DNA of 64,000 nt. It comes from a virus. The notes beneath the pieces are model-generated. The model did no database searches and was not told where the DNA came from. It was given only the letters and a program-made list of their open reading frames with translations. Positions 9,483 to 18,869 of the stretch are shown in pieces. Each line of letters starts with the position of its first letter. Positions within the stretch are counted from its first letter, which is position 1. The stretch is from the IMG/VR virus record IMGVR_UViG_3300050120_000121, positions 35,905 to 99,904 of that record, one strand, 5' to 3'. The translations under genes and the position numbers were made by a program.

Positions 9483-11465
9483 ATGTCATCCCAAACAATT
9501 CGCGATGTTCTAATCCGCGTGGCCATTGAGCAGGGCAACGTCACGCTGAACGTCGACACTGACGAAGCGATGAAAAAAGTCGAAGCGTTGCATTCGGCGA
9601 TCACATCGGTCAAAGGTGTCAGCGGTTCAGGATCGTCCCCATTGTCGGGCAATCTTGGCGACATTTTCGGCATTGATCTGCAATCGTCAGGATCTGGGCT
9701 GTCGTCACAGGAAACCGATTGGCTAGCGAAGATCGCACAACAGCCGAACAATCCGAAGCGATCGGGCGGTGGATCTTCGAAACCTCCCAAGAATGAATGG
9801 TTGGAAGCGGCTGAAAAAGCCGAACAGGAACGTGATGCGTCCCACAAGAAATTCTTGTCACAACAGGTCGCCGACGAAAAAGCCGCACAAGACGAATATG
9901 ACAAGATCGCTCGCGAAGGATTGGCGTCGTATTCCAAGATCATGGAAGAGCGACGAAAAGCCGCCGAACAAGAAAAGGCGATGCGTCGTGAGCAGATTGA
10001 AGGCACGAAGCAAGTCGCACAAGGATTCCTCTATCTGGCAGCAGCAAGCCAGGCGAATTCCGAGCAAATGGTTCGCGGAATTGTGCAGATTCAAGGGGCG
10101 ATGAAAACGCTGGAAGGCGGATTCGCGGCGGGCGGTCCCGTTGGTGTCGCAATCACAGCGATGATCGGCGGAATTCTGGCGTATGACACGATTATCGAGC
10201 ATTCGAAATCGTTGAACAAATCGTACTGGGAAGAGATGGCGGCGGATTCCAAACGGGCCGCAAACTTTGTTTCTCAGTCGGCGGTCTTGGGCGGTCAACA
10301 GGCTCAAGAGAGAGTTGCGAATCGAATTGATACTTCAAGTACAGAACATATTGCTGGTCAATCTGTTTGGCAGAGAGCAGTTGAGAAAACAATTCGCGGC
10401 GTCGAAGCCAATCCGGATGAGTATTCTCCTGGAATGATGGGGTTTATTCGTCGAAGAGAAACGAGAAGGCGAGAATCAGACGACAAAACACAAAACCTGA
10501 GGGGACGAGAAGAATTCCTTGGCGAAGGCATTGGAGGTCTCGACGAAGCTCGCGATGCACTCGAAGAGAGACGGGCAACCGCCCAGCAAGCTCACGACAG
10601 TGCGATTGATAATCAAGAAACGGCGGAGAAACATGCTCGCGAGAATGCCGGATTCACTTGGATGGAGAGACTGAAGGAAAGTGCGATCTATCAAACTGTT
10701 ACGGGGGGCGGAGAAGTCTACGAAGGCGGTGAAGCTCCCAACAAAGGATCGCAAGATACTGCGGCTGAACAGGCTCGACTTGCCACGATAGAAGCGATTA
10801 AAAACGCCAAGGAAAAAATCGCCAGTATTAATGCCGAAGACAATTCCATCATTCAGCAGAAAGCACGTCTGGAACAGGAGTTGATCGCAACTCAAACCGA
10901 GCGATTGAATGTCACAAAGGAACAGAAGCAAGCCGCCTATGAGGAAATGAAAAGCACTCGTGATGCCGCACGAGCAGACGCAATCAATTTCGGTTCCCAA
11001 GACTTCGGTCAGCAAAACAAAGGATTGAGACTCCAAGCCAAACACGAACTGATCGAAAAGCAGAAGGAAGAAAACATTGCGGCCGGTCGTGACGAGTGGG
11101 AGGGGGTCGCGGAATATACGCAGGATGAATTGCGATTCGGATTGAGCAGTGGCGGAATCGAAGGCAAATCGGCTCGTGCTCAAGCGGCCCGTCAAGCGAA
11201 AACAAAAGGTCGGAAGTTCGAAAGCGATGAAGTTGCCGAAGCCGCAAAAACCGAACACGACAGGCTCGATGTTCCGTTAGAGGCGGAAATCAAGAAAACG
11301 GAAGCGTCTATCAAAGATGGTTCCGAATCATTGAAAAACACGGCGAAAAGTGCGGCCAGTATGACGGTATCCGTTCAAGAAATGATAAAAGACACGAAAG
11401 AGATGGAGAATAAAATCAAGGAACTGGAACAACTCTTCAAGTCTCGCCAACAGTTGCGGTGGTAA
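9483..11465 (+). CDS. Tape measure protein
   Basis: About 660 aa, helical A/E/K/Q-rich with one hydrophobic segment, directly after the chaperone. Confidence 0.8.
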   Translation: MSSQTIRDVLIRVAIEQGNVTLNVDTDEAMKKVEALHSAITSVKGVSGSGSSPLSGNLGDIFGIDLQSSGSGLSSQETDWLAKIAQQPNNPKRSGGGSSKPPKNEWLEAAEKAEQERDASHKKFLSQQVADEKAAQDEYDKIAREGLASYSKIMEERRKAAEQEKAMRREQIEGTKQVAQGFLYLAAASQANSEQMVRGIVQIQGAMKTLEGGFAAGGPVGVAITAMIGGILAYDTIIEHSKSLNKSYWEEMAADSKRAANFVSQSAVLGGQQAQERVANRIDTSSTEHIAGQSVWQRAVEKTIRGVEANPDEYSPGMMGFIRRRETRRRESDDKTQNLRGREEFLGEGIGGLDEARDALEERRATAQQAHDSAIDNQETAEKHARENAGFTWMERLKESAIYQTVTGGGEVYEGGEAPNKGSQDTAAEQARLATIEAIKNAKEKIASINAEDNSIIQQKARLEQELIATQTERLNVTKEQKQAAYEEMKSTRDAARADAINFGSQDFGQQNKGLRLQAKHELIEKQKEENIAAGRDEWEGVAEYTQDELRFGLSSGGIEGKSARAQAARQAKTKGRKFESDEVAEAAKTEHDRLDVPLEAEIKKTEASIKDGSESLKNTAKSAASMTVSVQEMIKDTKEMENKIKELEQLFKSRQQLRW

Positions 11466-11468
11466 TCC

Positions 11469-12200
11469 ATGCAGTTTCAATACGGGACATATTTTCATAC
11501 GCCGAATTCGGTGTTTTTCAAGGGAATTCAACGCGAATTCGTCCGGGGGAAAACGCAGCGAATCCATCTGGCACGCACACATTGGAATCTAGAAGGGAAA
11601 CTGCTCGGAACGTCGATGACCGACATCATGAATCAACTGGAGAATTTGCAGGCGGCATATGCAGTTGATGGCGAAGATGCGGTCATGCTGGACAACTTCG
11701 GGGCTCCCACTAATTTCATCGTCGATACGAATCAAACGGTAGGCGGTGTTCGAGTCACAAATCCAGTCAGCCACGAGGTTTTAAGCGGTGCTCATGGCGT
11801 AACCTATCTGCGATATTCGGTCGGATTGACATGGGATATCCTTTGGTCTGCGAATACGGATGTTTTGGAGTTTTCGGAAACGCTGGCATTCACGGACAAT
11901 CAAGGCTTGCCATTGCAGATCGAGCGAATCCCGGCAAACGGACTGCCGATCATCCAGAACATCACGCAATCGAGTTTCTTCTATGCCACGCAATCCGGCA
12001 GTATGAAACAGTCGGGACCGAATCCGAATCCGCCGGGTCCAACATTTCCCGGATTGTTTCGGGGAACGCCCGATTCGCATTATGTCTCGCCAACGGCGAT
12101 TCAGGCGATACGCGGAGTTCCGTACGAATACGGTATCAACTGGAAATACGAATTCATTTCAATCAGTCCGTTCATAGGCGGCAGCCCCAATTTTAGATAG
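11469..12200 (+). CDS. Putative distal tail protein
   Basis: Position immediately after tape measure; beta-rich. Confidence 0.5.
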   Translation: MQFQYGTYFHTPNSVFFKGIQREFVRGKTQRIHLARTHWNLEGKLLGTSMTDIMNQLENLQAAYAVDGEDAVMLDNFGAPTNFIVDTNQTVGGVRVTNPVSHEVLSGAHGVTYLRYSVGLTWDILWSANTDVLEFSETLAFTDNQGLPLQIERIPANGLPIIQNITQSSFFYATQSGSMKQSGPNPNPPGPTFPGLFRGTPDSHYVSPTAIQAIRGVPYEYGINWKYEFISISPFIGGSPNFR

Positions 12201-12208
12201 GACGCATC

Positions 12209-13462
12209 TTGAGTACTAAGCGATGGTTGGGAAACGCCGCAAGCGTCAAGGATCTATGGACAATCGCATTGTCCGGCACAGTAACTTCGCAGACGTTTTC
12301 ATTCGTCATGAATGGGAAGACAATCGCATATACGACGACGACTGAAACGATTGCACAGGCTCTGGCAGCTTTTGTGACATTGTGGAATCAGTCAAGCAAT
12401 CCCCCTGAATTTGCCGAGTTGACGGCCGTTGGATTGCCGGTTGGTGGACCATTCACGTCCATGACAATTACGCAAGATGTGTCCGGCAGACCGTCTGCGA
12501 TGACCGTTGCGACGAGCGGGGGAGCGACGTTCACGGTGACGAATACCGCTCCGGCTACGGGGCCAAATTTCTTCGACAACGCTCAGAATTGGTCTGGTGG
12601 CGTGGCACCGGCGAATTCGGACGTTTTGGTGTTCGATAACGGGGCGGTTCCATTGAAGTACAATCTGTCGACATCACTGACAGGCATCACTCTGCAAGTG
12701 AATCCCGGTTACGGTGGTCAAATCGGATTGCCGCTCATCAATGCCGATGCGACGACGACGTACAACGAATATCGAGCCACAAGCCTGACAACGGTTGGTG
12801 GAACGGTCACAATCAACGCTCCGAATCTGACGCGATGCAATCTGGCGTTTGGAGCGAATACGGCAACAGTTCGTATTCTCGCGACCAGTCAGCAACGACC
12901 AGATCAGTACACGCCAATTGTGTTGATTACCGGAGGAGACAGTTCGAGCGAATTGGATATGACGTTCGGAGATTGCGGAACGGCCTATTATCAGGGAACA
13001 ACCGCCACGTTTACCGCCATTAAAACGGGATATGCGACAAATGCTTTGACTGATGTGAATCTGATTTGCGGTCCTGGATCGACGCTGACGACCGTGACGA
13101 AAAACGGCGGAAATCTGAACAGCCGAGCCTCTATCACAACGCTGACACAACGTCTCTCAGGTGGAAGTGTAACACTGTCTGATGCGGCGGCGGTAACGAC
13201 GTTGAATGTCCAAGCGGGGACTTGCTTTTTGAATACGACTGGAACCGTGGCAACAGTCAACTTGTATGGACAGGCAATCCTTAACGCTGATGCCGATCCG
13301 AGAGCGAAAACCATCACGAATTCGATCAACGCTTACTCATCTGGCGTGACCGTCATTGATAATCAGCAGAGCATTAACAGCGGAACATTGTCAATCGCCT
13401 TGAACGGAAACGCCAATTGCATTGTGCAACATGGCAGCGGTTCAACGCTCGTCATGACATGA
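12209..13462 (+). CDS. Thr-rich tail-associated structural protein
   Basis: NWSGGVAP...D.LVF motif and beta-solenoid-like T/V/G repeats. Confidence 0.55.
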   Translation: MSTKRWLGNAASVKDLWTIALSGTVTSQTFSFVMNGKTIAYTTTTETIAQALAAFVTLWNQSSNPPEFAELTAVGLPVGGPFTSMTITQDVSGRPSAMTVATSGGATFTVTNTAPATGPNFFDNAQNWSGGVAPANSDVLVFDNGAVPLKYNLSTSLTGITLQVNPGYGGQIGLPLINADATTTYNEYRATSLTTVGGTVTINAPNLTRCNLAFGANTATVRILATSQQRPDQYTPIVLITGGDSSSELDMTFGDCGTAYYQGTTATFTAIKTGYATNALTDVNLICGPGSTLTTVTKNGGNLNSRASITTLTQRLSGGSVTLSDAAAVTTLNVQAGTCFLNTTGTVATVNLYGQAILNADADPRAKTITNSINAYSSGVTVIDNQQSINSGTLSIALNGNANCIVQHGSGSTLVMT

Positions 13463-13499
13463 CGCAAATCGTCTTCAATCATCGCAGGGAACGCGGAAA

Positions 13500-15266
13500 A
13501 TGCCGTTGCAGGGACTCGTCACATATCCGGGGATTCAGCAATTTGAGGATTTCACGATCACGGACATCAGCGGGATTTCGCCTTCAATTGGAGTGATGAC
13601 GATATACCCTCAGTACGGATACCCTTCGCTCTATGGCGATCTGACGCTGACATACGACACGAACACGATTGTATTCCCAAATTGTGTGATTGACTCTGCT
13701 AGTTACGAACGGAATTCGGGGGGTCAGATTGTTCGCGTCCGATTCTTCGATGAGCGATGGAAGTGGGAGCGGGCGACAATCACGGGCCGATACAATATCC
13801 GAGCCCCTGACAATTTCATTTTGCCAGCACAACAGAAAACTCCACAGCAATTGGCAACACTCTGCTTTCAGGCAATGGGTGTCACGAACTTCGATGTGTC
13901 GGCATTGCCGAACGATGCTCGCCCCGAAGTCGACTGGAATCCAGCCAGACCGGCCGAAGAATTGGCAAAAATCTGCGACGATCTCGGGTGCCGAATTGTT
14001 CCTCAGCGGTCAACAGGGAAATGGTTCGTCCGCGTAGTTGGCGATGGAGCCAGTCTTCCCGATGGACTTCCGTATCAGGATGCGGGCAACGGAATTGATC
14101 CAAAAGAATTTCCGGACTACATCAAGATCACGACGGCACCGACAAAGTATCAAGTTGCATTGAAATTGGAGCCGGTTGCCAAGGACTTGGATCAATCGTG
14201 GAAAACGCTTGATGTTGTGAGTTATTCACCGAACTCAGATCCGACGCAAGCCTATGGATTCGGACAAGAACCGAAGGAAATGGCATTGTGTAGCCGGACA
14301 AGAGAATTGCAGCCGGACGGATCGCGGATTAGTCCCCAAGAATTGGCAATTCAAACCGTGTTCCGATGTTGGCGGGTTTATGATACGTCGACCGCATCAA
14401 CCCCAACGCTTCAGATTCCGGGATACACGAAGGGCAACGTCAATCGAAAGCAACTGATTCTGTCCGATGAACTCGTGCAAACATGGGTCGATTATCTAGG
14501 GGCCGAACACGCACGTCCGGCATTGATTTTCGGGTCATTCTTCGATGATTTGACAGATGGATCGGATGGCAATAAACCGCCTGGAACGCGAATTGATTAT
14601 CAAGCAACAGCCTATCGCGATTTGCAAGAGGAACGATCTTCGTTCAGTTTGTCGCTCGATCCGATTGATAATGATCGAACAATTGTGACGACCTCGCGGC
14701 AGATGGTTTTCCAGCAAACGCCGAATTCAACCGGGCAGATCTTTTTCAAGGACGCGACGTTATTTCTGGCGTGTTCTGTTCTTGTCCGAGACGCGACGAC
14801 GTGGCAACCTGTCCGCGTGTCCTACTTGAAACAAATCGGAGCAGGAACGAATCAGAACTTTGTGGCAGAATATGTGAAAGATGAGATTCAGCCGTGGAGC
14901 ATCGCTGACTACGATGTCAATGGAAACGCGGTTTCGACATCCAACAATAACGACGAAGTCAAAACACAGTGCCAGTATTATGCGGATGCCATCGCGAAAA
15001 CATTCGAAACGGTTCTCAGTTCGACAAGAACGTACATTGGATTGTTTGGAATCGACATGGACGGAGCGATTGAGCAAGTGACCTATCGCATCGGCAAGCA
15101 AGGGGCGGATACAATCGCATCACGCGGGACCGAGCACAATTTTGACATCCCTCCCTATTTGGAACGCAGGCAGCGTGAAGGACGTAAAGACGCTTTGGAA
15201 ACGCAACGATTGAAGGATGAGATTCTGCGTCGGCAAATCAAACTACGCGGAAAGTTCAATACATGA
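13500..15266 (+). CDS. Putative tail tip/hub protein
   Basis: 588 aa in tail-tip position; PAEELAKICDDLGCRI resembles hub-protein segments. Confidence 0.5.
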   Translation: MPLQGLVTYPGIQQFEDFTITDISGISPSIGVMTIYPQYGYPSLYGDLTLTYDTNTIVFPNCVIDSASYERNSGGQIVRVRFFDERWKWERATITGRYNIRAPDNFILPAQQKTPQQLATLCFQAMGVTNFDVSALPNDARPEVDWNPARPAEELAKICDDLGCRIVPQRSTGKWFVRVVGDGASLPDGLPYQDAGNGIDPKEFPDYIKITTAPTKYQVALKLEPVAKDLDQSWKTLDVVSYSPNSDPTQAYGFGQEPKEMALCSRTRELQPDGSRISPQELAIQTVFRCWRVYDTSTASTPTLQIPGYTKGNVNRKQLILSDELVQTWVDYLGAEHARPALIFGSFFDDLTDGSDGNKPPGTRIDYQATAYRDLQEERSSFSLSLDPIDNDRTIVTTSRQMVFQQTPNSTGQIFFKDATLFLACSVLVRDATTWQPVRVSYLKQIGAGTNQNFVAEYVKDEIQPWSIADYDVNGNAVSTSNNNDEVKTQCQYYADAIAKTFETVLSSTRTYIGLFGIDMDGAIEQVTYRIGKQGADTIASRGTEHNFDIPPYLERRQREGRKDALETQRLKDEILRRQIKLRGKFNT

Positions 15267-15928
15267 CAGCTCTCGTACCGCAGATTTCAGTATTCGTGCA
15301 AAACGATAGCGGCATGGATATTCCACCGCGATCAGTTGTAGTTGTGACGTCTGTTGAGATTTCGCCGACAGGACCGGGGCAGGAGTCTCGGGCGATTCAT
15401 CATGTGACGAAATATACAGGACAAGTCGGAAATGTATGTGTCACAGGGAATGTGACGATCGCGGCCGGGAATCAGGGTCGAGCCTACTCCGATTCGTTTT
15501 TATATGTATCAATTGATCCGTCTGTGGCAACTCCAAAAGTCATGGAGCAATGGGGTCCAGTTCCGAATAAGTGGACAATTGGACGCGGCGGAATGGGGTT
15601 TTTCTGTCAAGGATATGCGAGCACCGGAGATACAATCGTCCGAGCGATATTTCTTCGGAAGGATGGGTATTATCTCGGTAAACTGACGGGGTCGCTCAAT
15701 GCGGGAACAATGGCAACGCCGACGTCTGGAACATTCAATGTCTGGCATCCAAACCCATCCTCAAGTCCTCCTGGCCAAGGGCTGATCGTCAGCCCGAATT
15801 CCGCGTTGCTCGGATTAACGGCCTACAACTATTCCGCCAGCAATTCCGGATCGACTGGATATGACTGCATCGTGCAGATGTTGCCGACTGGACTGACATT
15901 CGTCTCTGTGGGATGCGCTGTATCATGA
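15263..15928 (+). CDS. Tail-associated structural protein
   Basis: Coupled (ATGA) to the previous gene; G/S/T-rich. Confidence 0.5.
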   Translation: MTALVPQISVFVQNDSGMDIPPRSVVVVTSVEISPTGPGQESRAIHHVTKYTGQVGNVCVTGNVTIAAGNQGRAYSDSFLYVSIDPSVATPKVMEQWGPVPNKWTIGRGGMGFFCQGYASTGDTIVRAIFLRKDGYYLGKLTGSLNAGTMATPTSGTFNVWHPNPSSSPPGQGLIVSPNSALLGLTAYNYSASNSGSTGYDCIVQMLPTGLTFVSVGCAVS

Positions 15929-17517
15929 TGGCAAGGACAAAAGCTTCATGCTGCCCAACTGGCTATACAACTCGATCGTACGACACGTCTGGAAACAAGA
16001 TTTGGAGCGCGAACTATTTCGGTGGTTCTTCGGCCGGCGCAGTAACCTGTCAAGCCGTAGATGCATCACGAGTCTATGTCGGAGGCTCCAGAATAACCGC
16101 CAGTGGCACTTCATGGTCGGTCGTCTGCTTCGATATTGTGACTGGGCAATTTCTTTGGAGCCATGATCTCCTGAACGATCTCACTCCAACCGATCCGTCG
16201 CTCGGAATCCCGATTCAGATGCAGATCGACACATCAGGAAATCTTTCTTGCATGCTGTGGCCTGGAGCCTACAACTCGACAACCGCACAAAAACAGAACT
16301 TCGTTGTTCTCGACACGACGGGGGCCACGGTAGCGACCTATCAGTACACTCAACCAACCATCTCCGGGAAACCGATCTATTCCGTGGATTTCACGATCAA
16401 TGGACTCGGCGACTATCATATTGCTGGATCAGCTATCGGACTGACGGATTCCAACGGATTCGTAAACGATTTTCACATGCTGGACTGGGCCAGCGGGTTT
16501 GGCTCATCGCCGACAGACCATCACATCACAGACCTGTCAGGGAGCAACGCGACGGCATCCGGAATCATTGCCGCCTGCATGTTTCGACAAAGTTCACACG
16601 ACTATATCAGCGGGAAGCCACGCCTGGTGCCAGGATCATTCACCAATGGGTCCGCATCTCCACTCTTGTGGTCCGCTCCGTCAATGTGGGGTGGACCATC
16701 CGGTAATGCAATCGCGACATCATTTTCCAGTTTCTCGCAAAACATTTTTCAGCGAACACTGACCTTGCCAGGCACGGCGATAACCGCGACAGGAACGACA
16801 CAGGGAACGGCCGCAGCACTGACTGCGAATACCGCATACAACATCACGCGATCAACCGGAAATCTTGGTGTCATCCTGCCGTCCGCAAGTGCCGGAGACC
16901 GTGTGTGTACAGCGGTCATGAGTCCGAATTCGTTCGGCACACCAGCGCAGAGAAACATTTACCCGCCGTCTGGCGGCTACCTGATCGCCTCGAACTTCAC
17001 GCAGTTGGCTGTGAATACGCCGATCACATACAACGATGGAGACTATTTCGTCTGCATTGGCGGTCTCAACTGGATCCAAATGTTCGATGACGGCGGCATC
17101 ATATCGGATCGGATTTCCGTGGACACGTCGGGTAACGTGTTTTCGATCACGCTGACTGACGGAGTCATCGGGAAGTACATTCCGTCTGGCGCGCTCATGT
17201 GGCGAAAGGGCAAGTTCGCTGCCAACACGATTCAGGATGCTTCAGGCAATACGTATTCCATCGGCAAGCGCTCAGGGCCAACAGGTGCATCTGTGTGCGC
17301 TCGCGATTCCAACGGAGCGTGGCTATGGGGTCATTGGAACATGGGGTCGTGGCTTCTCCACGGAAGCGGTTCGACTGCCGATATGCCACGATCCTGTGTC
17401 GCAATCGAGCCAAGCGGATCAAACATTATCATCAGCGGTTGCGCCGATGAAACCGGATCAGGTGGCCCATGCAATTCGGTAAACGACCTGAACTTCGTGT
17501 CCGATCCGTGGCCGTGA
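15913..17517 (+). CDS. Putative receptor-binding/tail protein with beta-propeller repeats
   Basis: Repeated YD.SG...W, VD.SGNV, D.SGN.Y blades; last gene of the tail operon. Confidence 0.6.
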   Translation: MRCIMMARTKASCCPTGYTTRSYDTSGNKIWSANYFGGSSAGAVTCQAVDASRVYVGGSRITASGTSWSVVCFDIVTGQFLWSHDLLNDLTPTDPSLGIPIQMQIDTSGNLSCMLWPGAYNSTTAQKQNFVVLDTTGATVATYQYTQPTISGKPIYSVDFTINGLGDYHIAGSAIGLTDSNGFVNDFHMLDWASGFGSSPTDHHITDLSGSNATASGIIAACMFRQSSHDYISGKPRLVPGSFTNGSASPLLWSAPSMWGGPSGNAIATSFSSFSQNIFQRTLTLPGTAITATGTTQGTAAALTANTAYNITRSTGNLGVILPSASAGDRVCTAVMSPNSFGTPAQRNIYPPSGGYLIASNFTQLAVNTPITYNDGDYFVCIGGLNWIQMFDDGGIISDRISVDTSGNVFSITLTDGVIGKYIPSGALMWRKGKFAANTIQDASGNTYSIGKRSGPTGASVCARDSNGAWLWGHWNMGSWLLHGSGSTADMPRSCVAIEPSGSNIIISGCADETGSGGPCNSVNDLNFVSDPWP

Positions 17518-17531
17518 GATCGTCGAAAAAA

Positions 17532-18815
17532 TCACTTACCGGCGACCTCTCCTGTCTCGGCGTACTTGAATGGATCTTGGTACGTCACGCCGCCCCTGAT
17601 CGAGTCAGGGTTCACCGAATGCGTCGAGACGGCACCGGTTCGCGTAAATAGCGCGAGGATGGCCTTGTCCCCGCGTTCGTATCCATTCGCAGACGGATCG
17701 CTCCAAACTCCGTATTCGGGACATGACGACGTAGGGTAACTCGACGGATTCGACCAATACTGCCGATCGCGATCCGCGTCTTTCTGATCTGCAATGTAAA
17801 ACTCGATCAATCCCTTCTGCGCCGCTGGTCCCATGATGGCGCCTGATGGCGAAAACAGAATGTCCATCTGCGTGGAGTAATCAAATCCGCTCGGGTCTGT
17901 TGAGAGTGGCGAAAAGATTTTCCACGATGACGGCAGTTTTGATCCGCGATTGCTAGCGAGCGTCGCTGCATTGACCTGTTCGATTGTGTTGACGTAGGAG
18001 GCTGTTCCGGGGCTTCCGATGACTCCCGACGAACGGTCCAAATGAATGACAGAACCCTTTGGGAGTTGAATCATATCGGAACCCGGCAAAACACTGTTCG
18101 GCAGAATGAGTTGATATGTCATCGGTCCGCCGTTCATGAATGCGTTGATTTCTTGCGGATTGTTGTTCGTGGGCGGATTTGGATAGGCTGTCGTCAGTCG
18201 CAATCGCGGAGGATACGTTGGAGTCACGCCAGCAGCGGTTGCATTGGCCAGAAGATCAACAGTCACCGTATACCACAGTCCTGTCGGATCGTTCGGAATC
18301 TTGATCTTTGCTCCGTTGGTCAACAATCCTTCATTCATGAGGTCGACCCATGCGGTAGGGATTGCATCAGGATTCGCAGGATCACCGTCAAAACCTCGCA
18401 CGATCCATGCCAGTGGATTTGCCACTCCACCGACCCATTCATCAGATATCCCATTGTTGTCAACATCAATCCGCTCCAGCCGAATCTGACCTTGTGTCCA
18501 TGCCGGCGTCTGCTGAATATAAATCATGCTTGACACAGTTCGGCTTGTCTGACCGACAGTTGACGAATCCAGCAAGAATCGCAAACCTCGCGGGGCTCTG
18601 GCGTAAATCGCGCGATCACGCGCACCAGCAAGAGCCGACTGAAGCTGACGAGCCGCCCCGCGAACCTTGTCGTTATTGACCGACAGCTTCACGGCCGACA
18701 TCGTGAGTGTCGCCAGGATGAGCATAATAACGACGACGATCAGCAGTTCGACCAGAGTGAATCCAACACGAGTTTTCCGCACGATTTGTCTCCTCGAAAG
18801 TGAATGTTTGAACAC
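17532..18815 (-). CDS. Prepilin-type N-methylation domain protein (FimT/GspH-like minor pilin or pseudopilin)
   Basis: Basic leader then G|FTLVELLIVVVIMLILA; VRGAARQLQSAL..AR.RA helix; DILFSPSG. Confidence 0.9.
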   Translation of the reverse strand: MFKHSLSRRQIVRKTRVGFTLVELLIVVVIMLILATLTMSAVKLSVNNDKVRGAARQLQSALAGARDRAIYARAPRGLRFLLDSSTVGQTSRTVSSMIYIQQTPAWTQGQIRLERIDVDNNGISDEWVGGVANPLAWIVRGFDGDPANPDAIPTAWVDLMNEGLLTNGAKIKIPNDPTGLWYTVTVDLLANATAAGVTPTYPPRLRLTTAYPNPPTNNNPQEINAFMNGGPMTYQLILPNSVLPGSDMIQLPKGSVIHLDRSSGVIGSPGTASYVNTIEQVNAATLASNRGSKLPSSWKIFSPLSTDPSGFDYSTQMDILFSPSGAIMGPAAQKGLIEFYIADQKDADRDRQYWSNPSSYPTSSCPEYGVWSDPSANGYERGDKAILALFTRTGAVSTHSVNPDSIRGGVTYQDPFKYAETGEVAGK

Positions 18816-18869
18816 GAAACATTCTACACAACGGAAAACAGCGGCAACCGGATCAAATTTGCTCCAAAA

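Noticed and set aside
15263-17517. Diversity-generating retroelement target in tail genes
   Set aside because: No reverse transcriptase and no adenine-variant repeat pair seen in the window.
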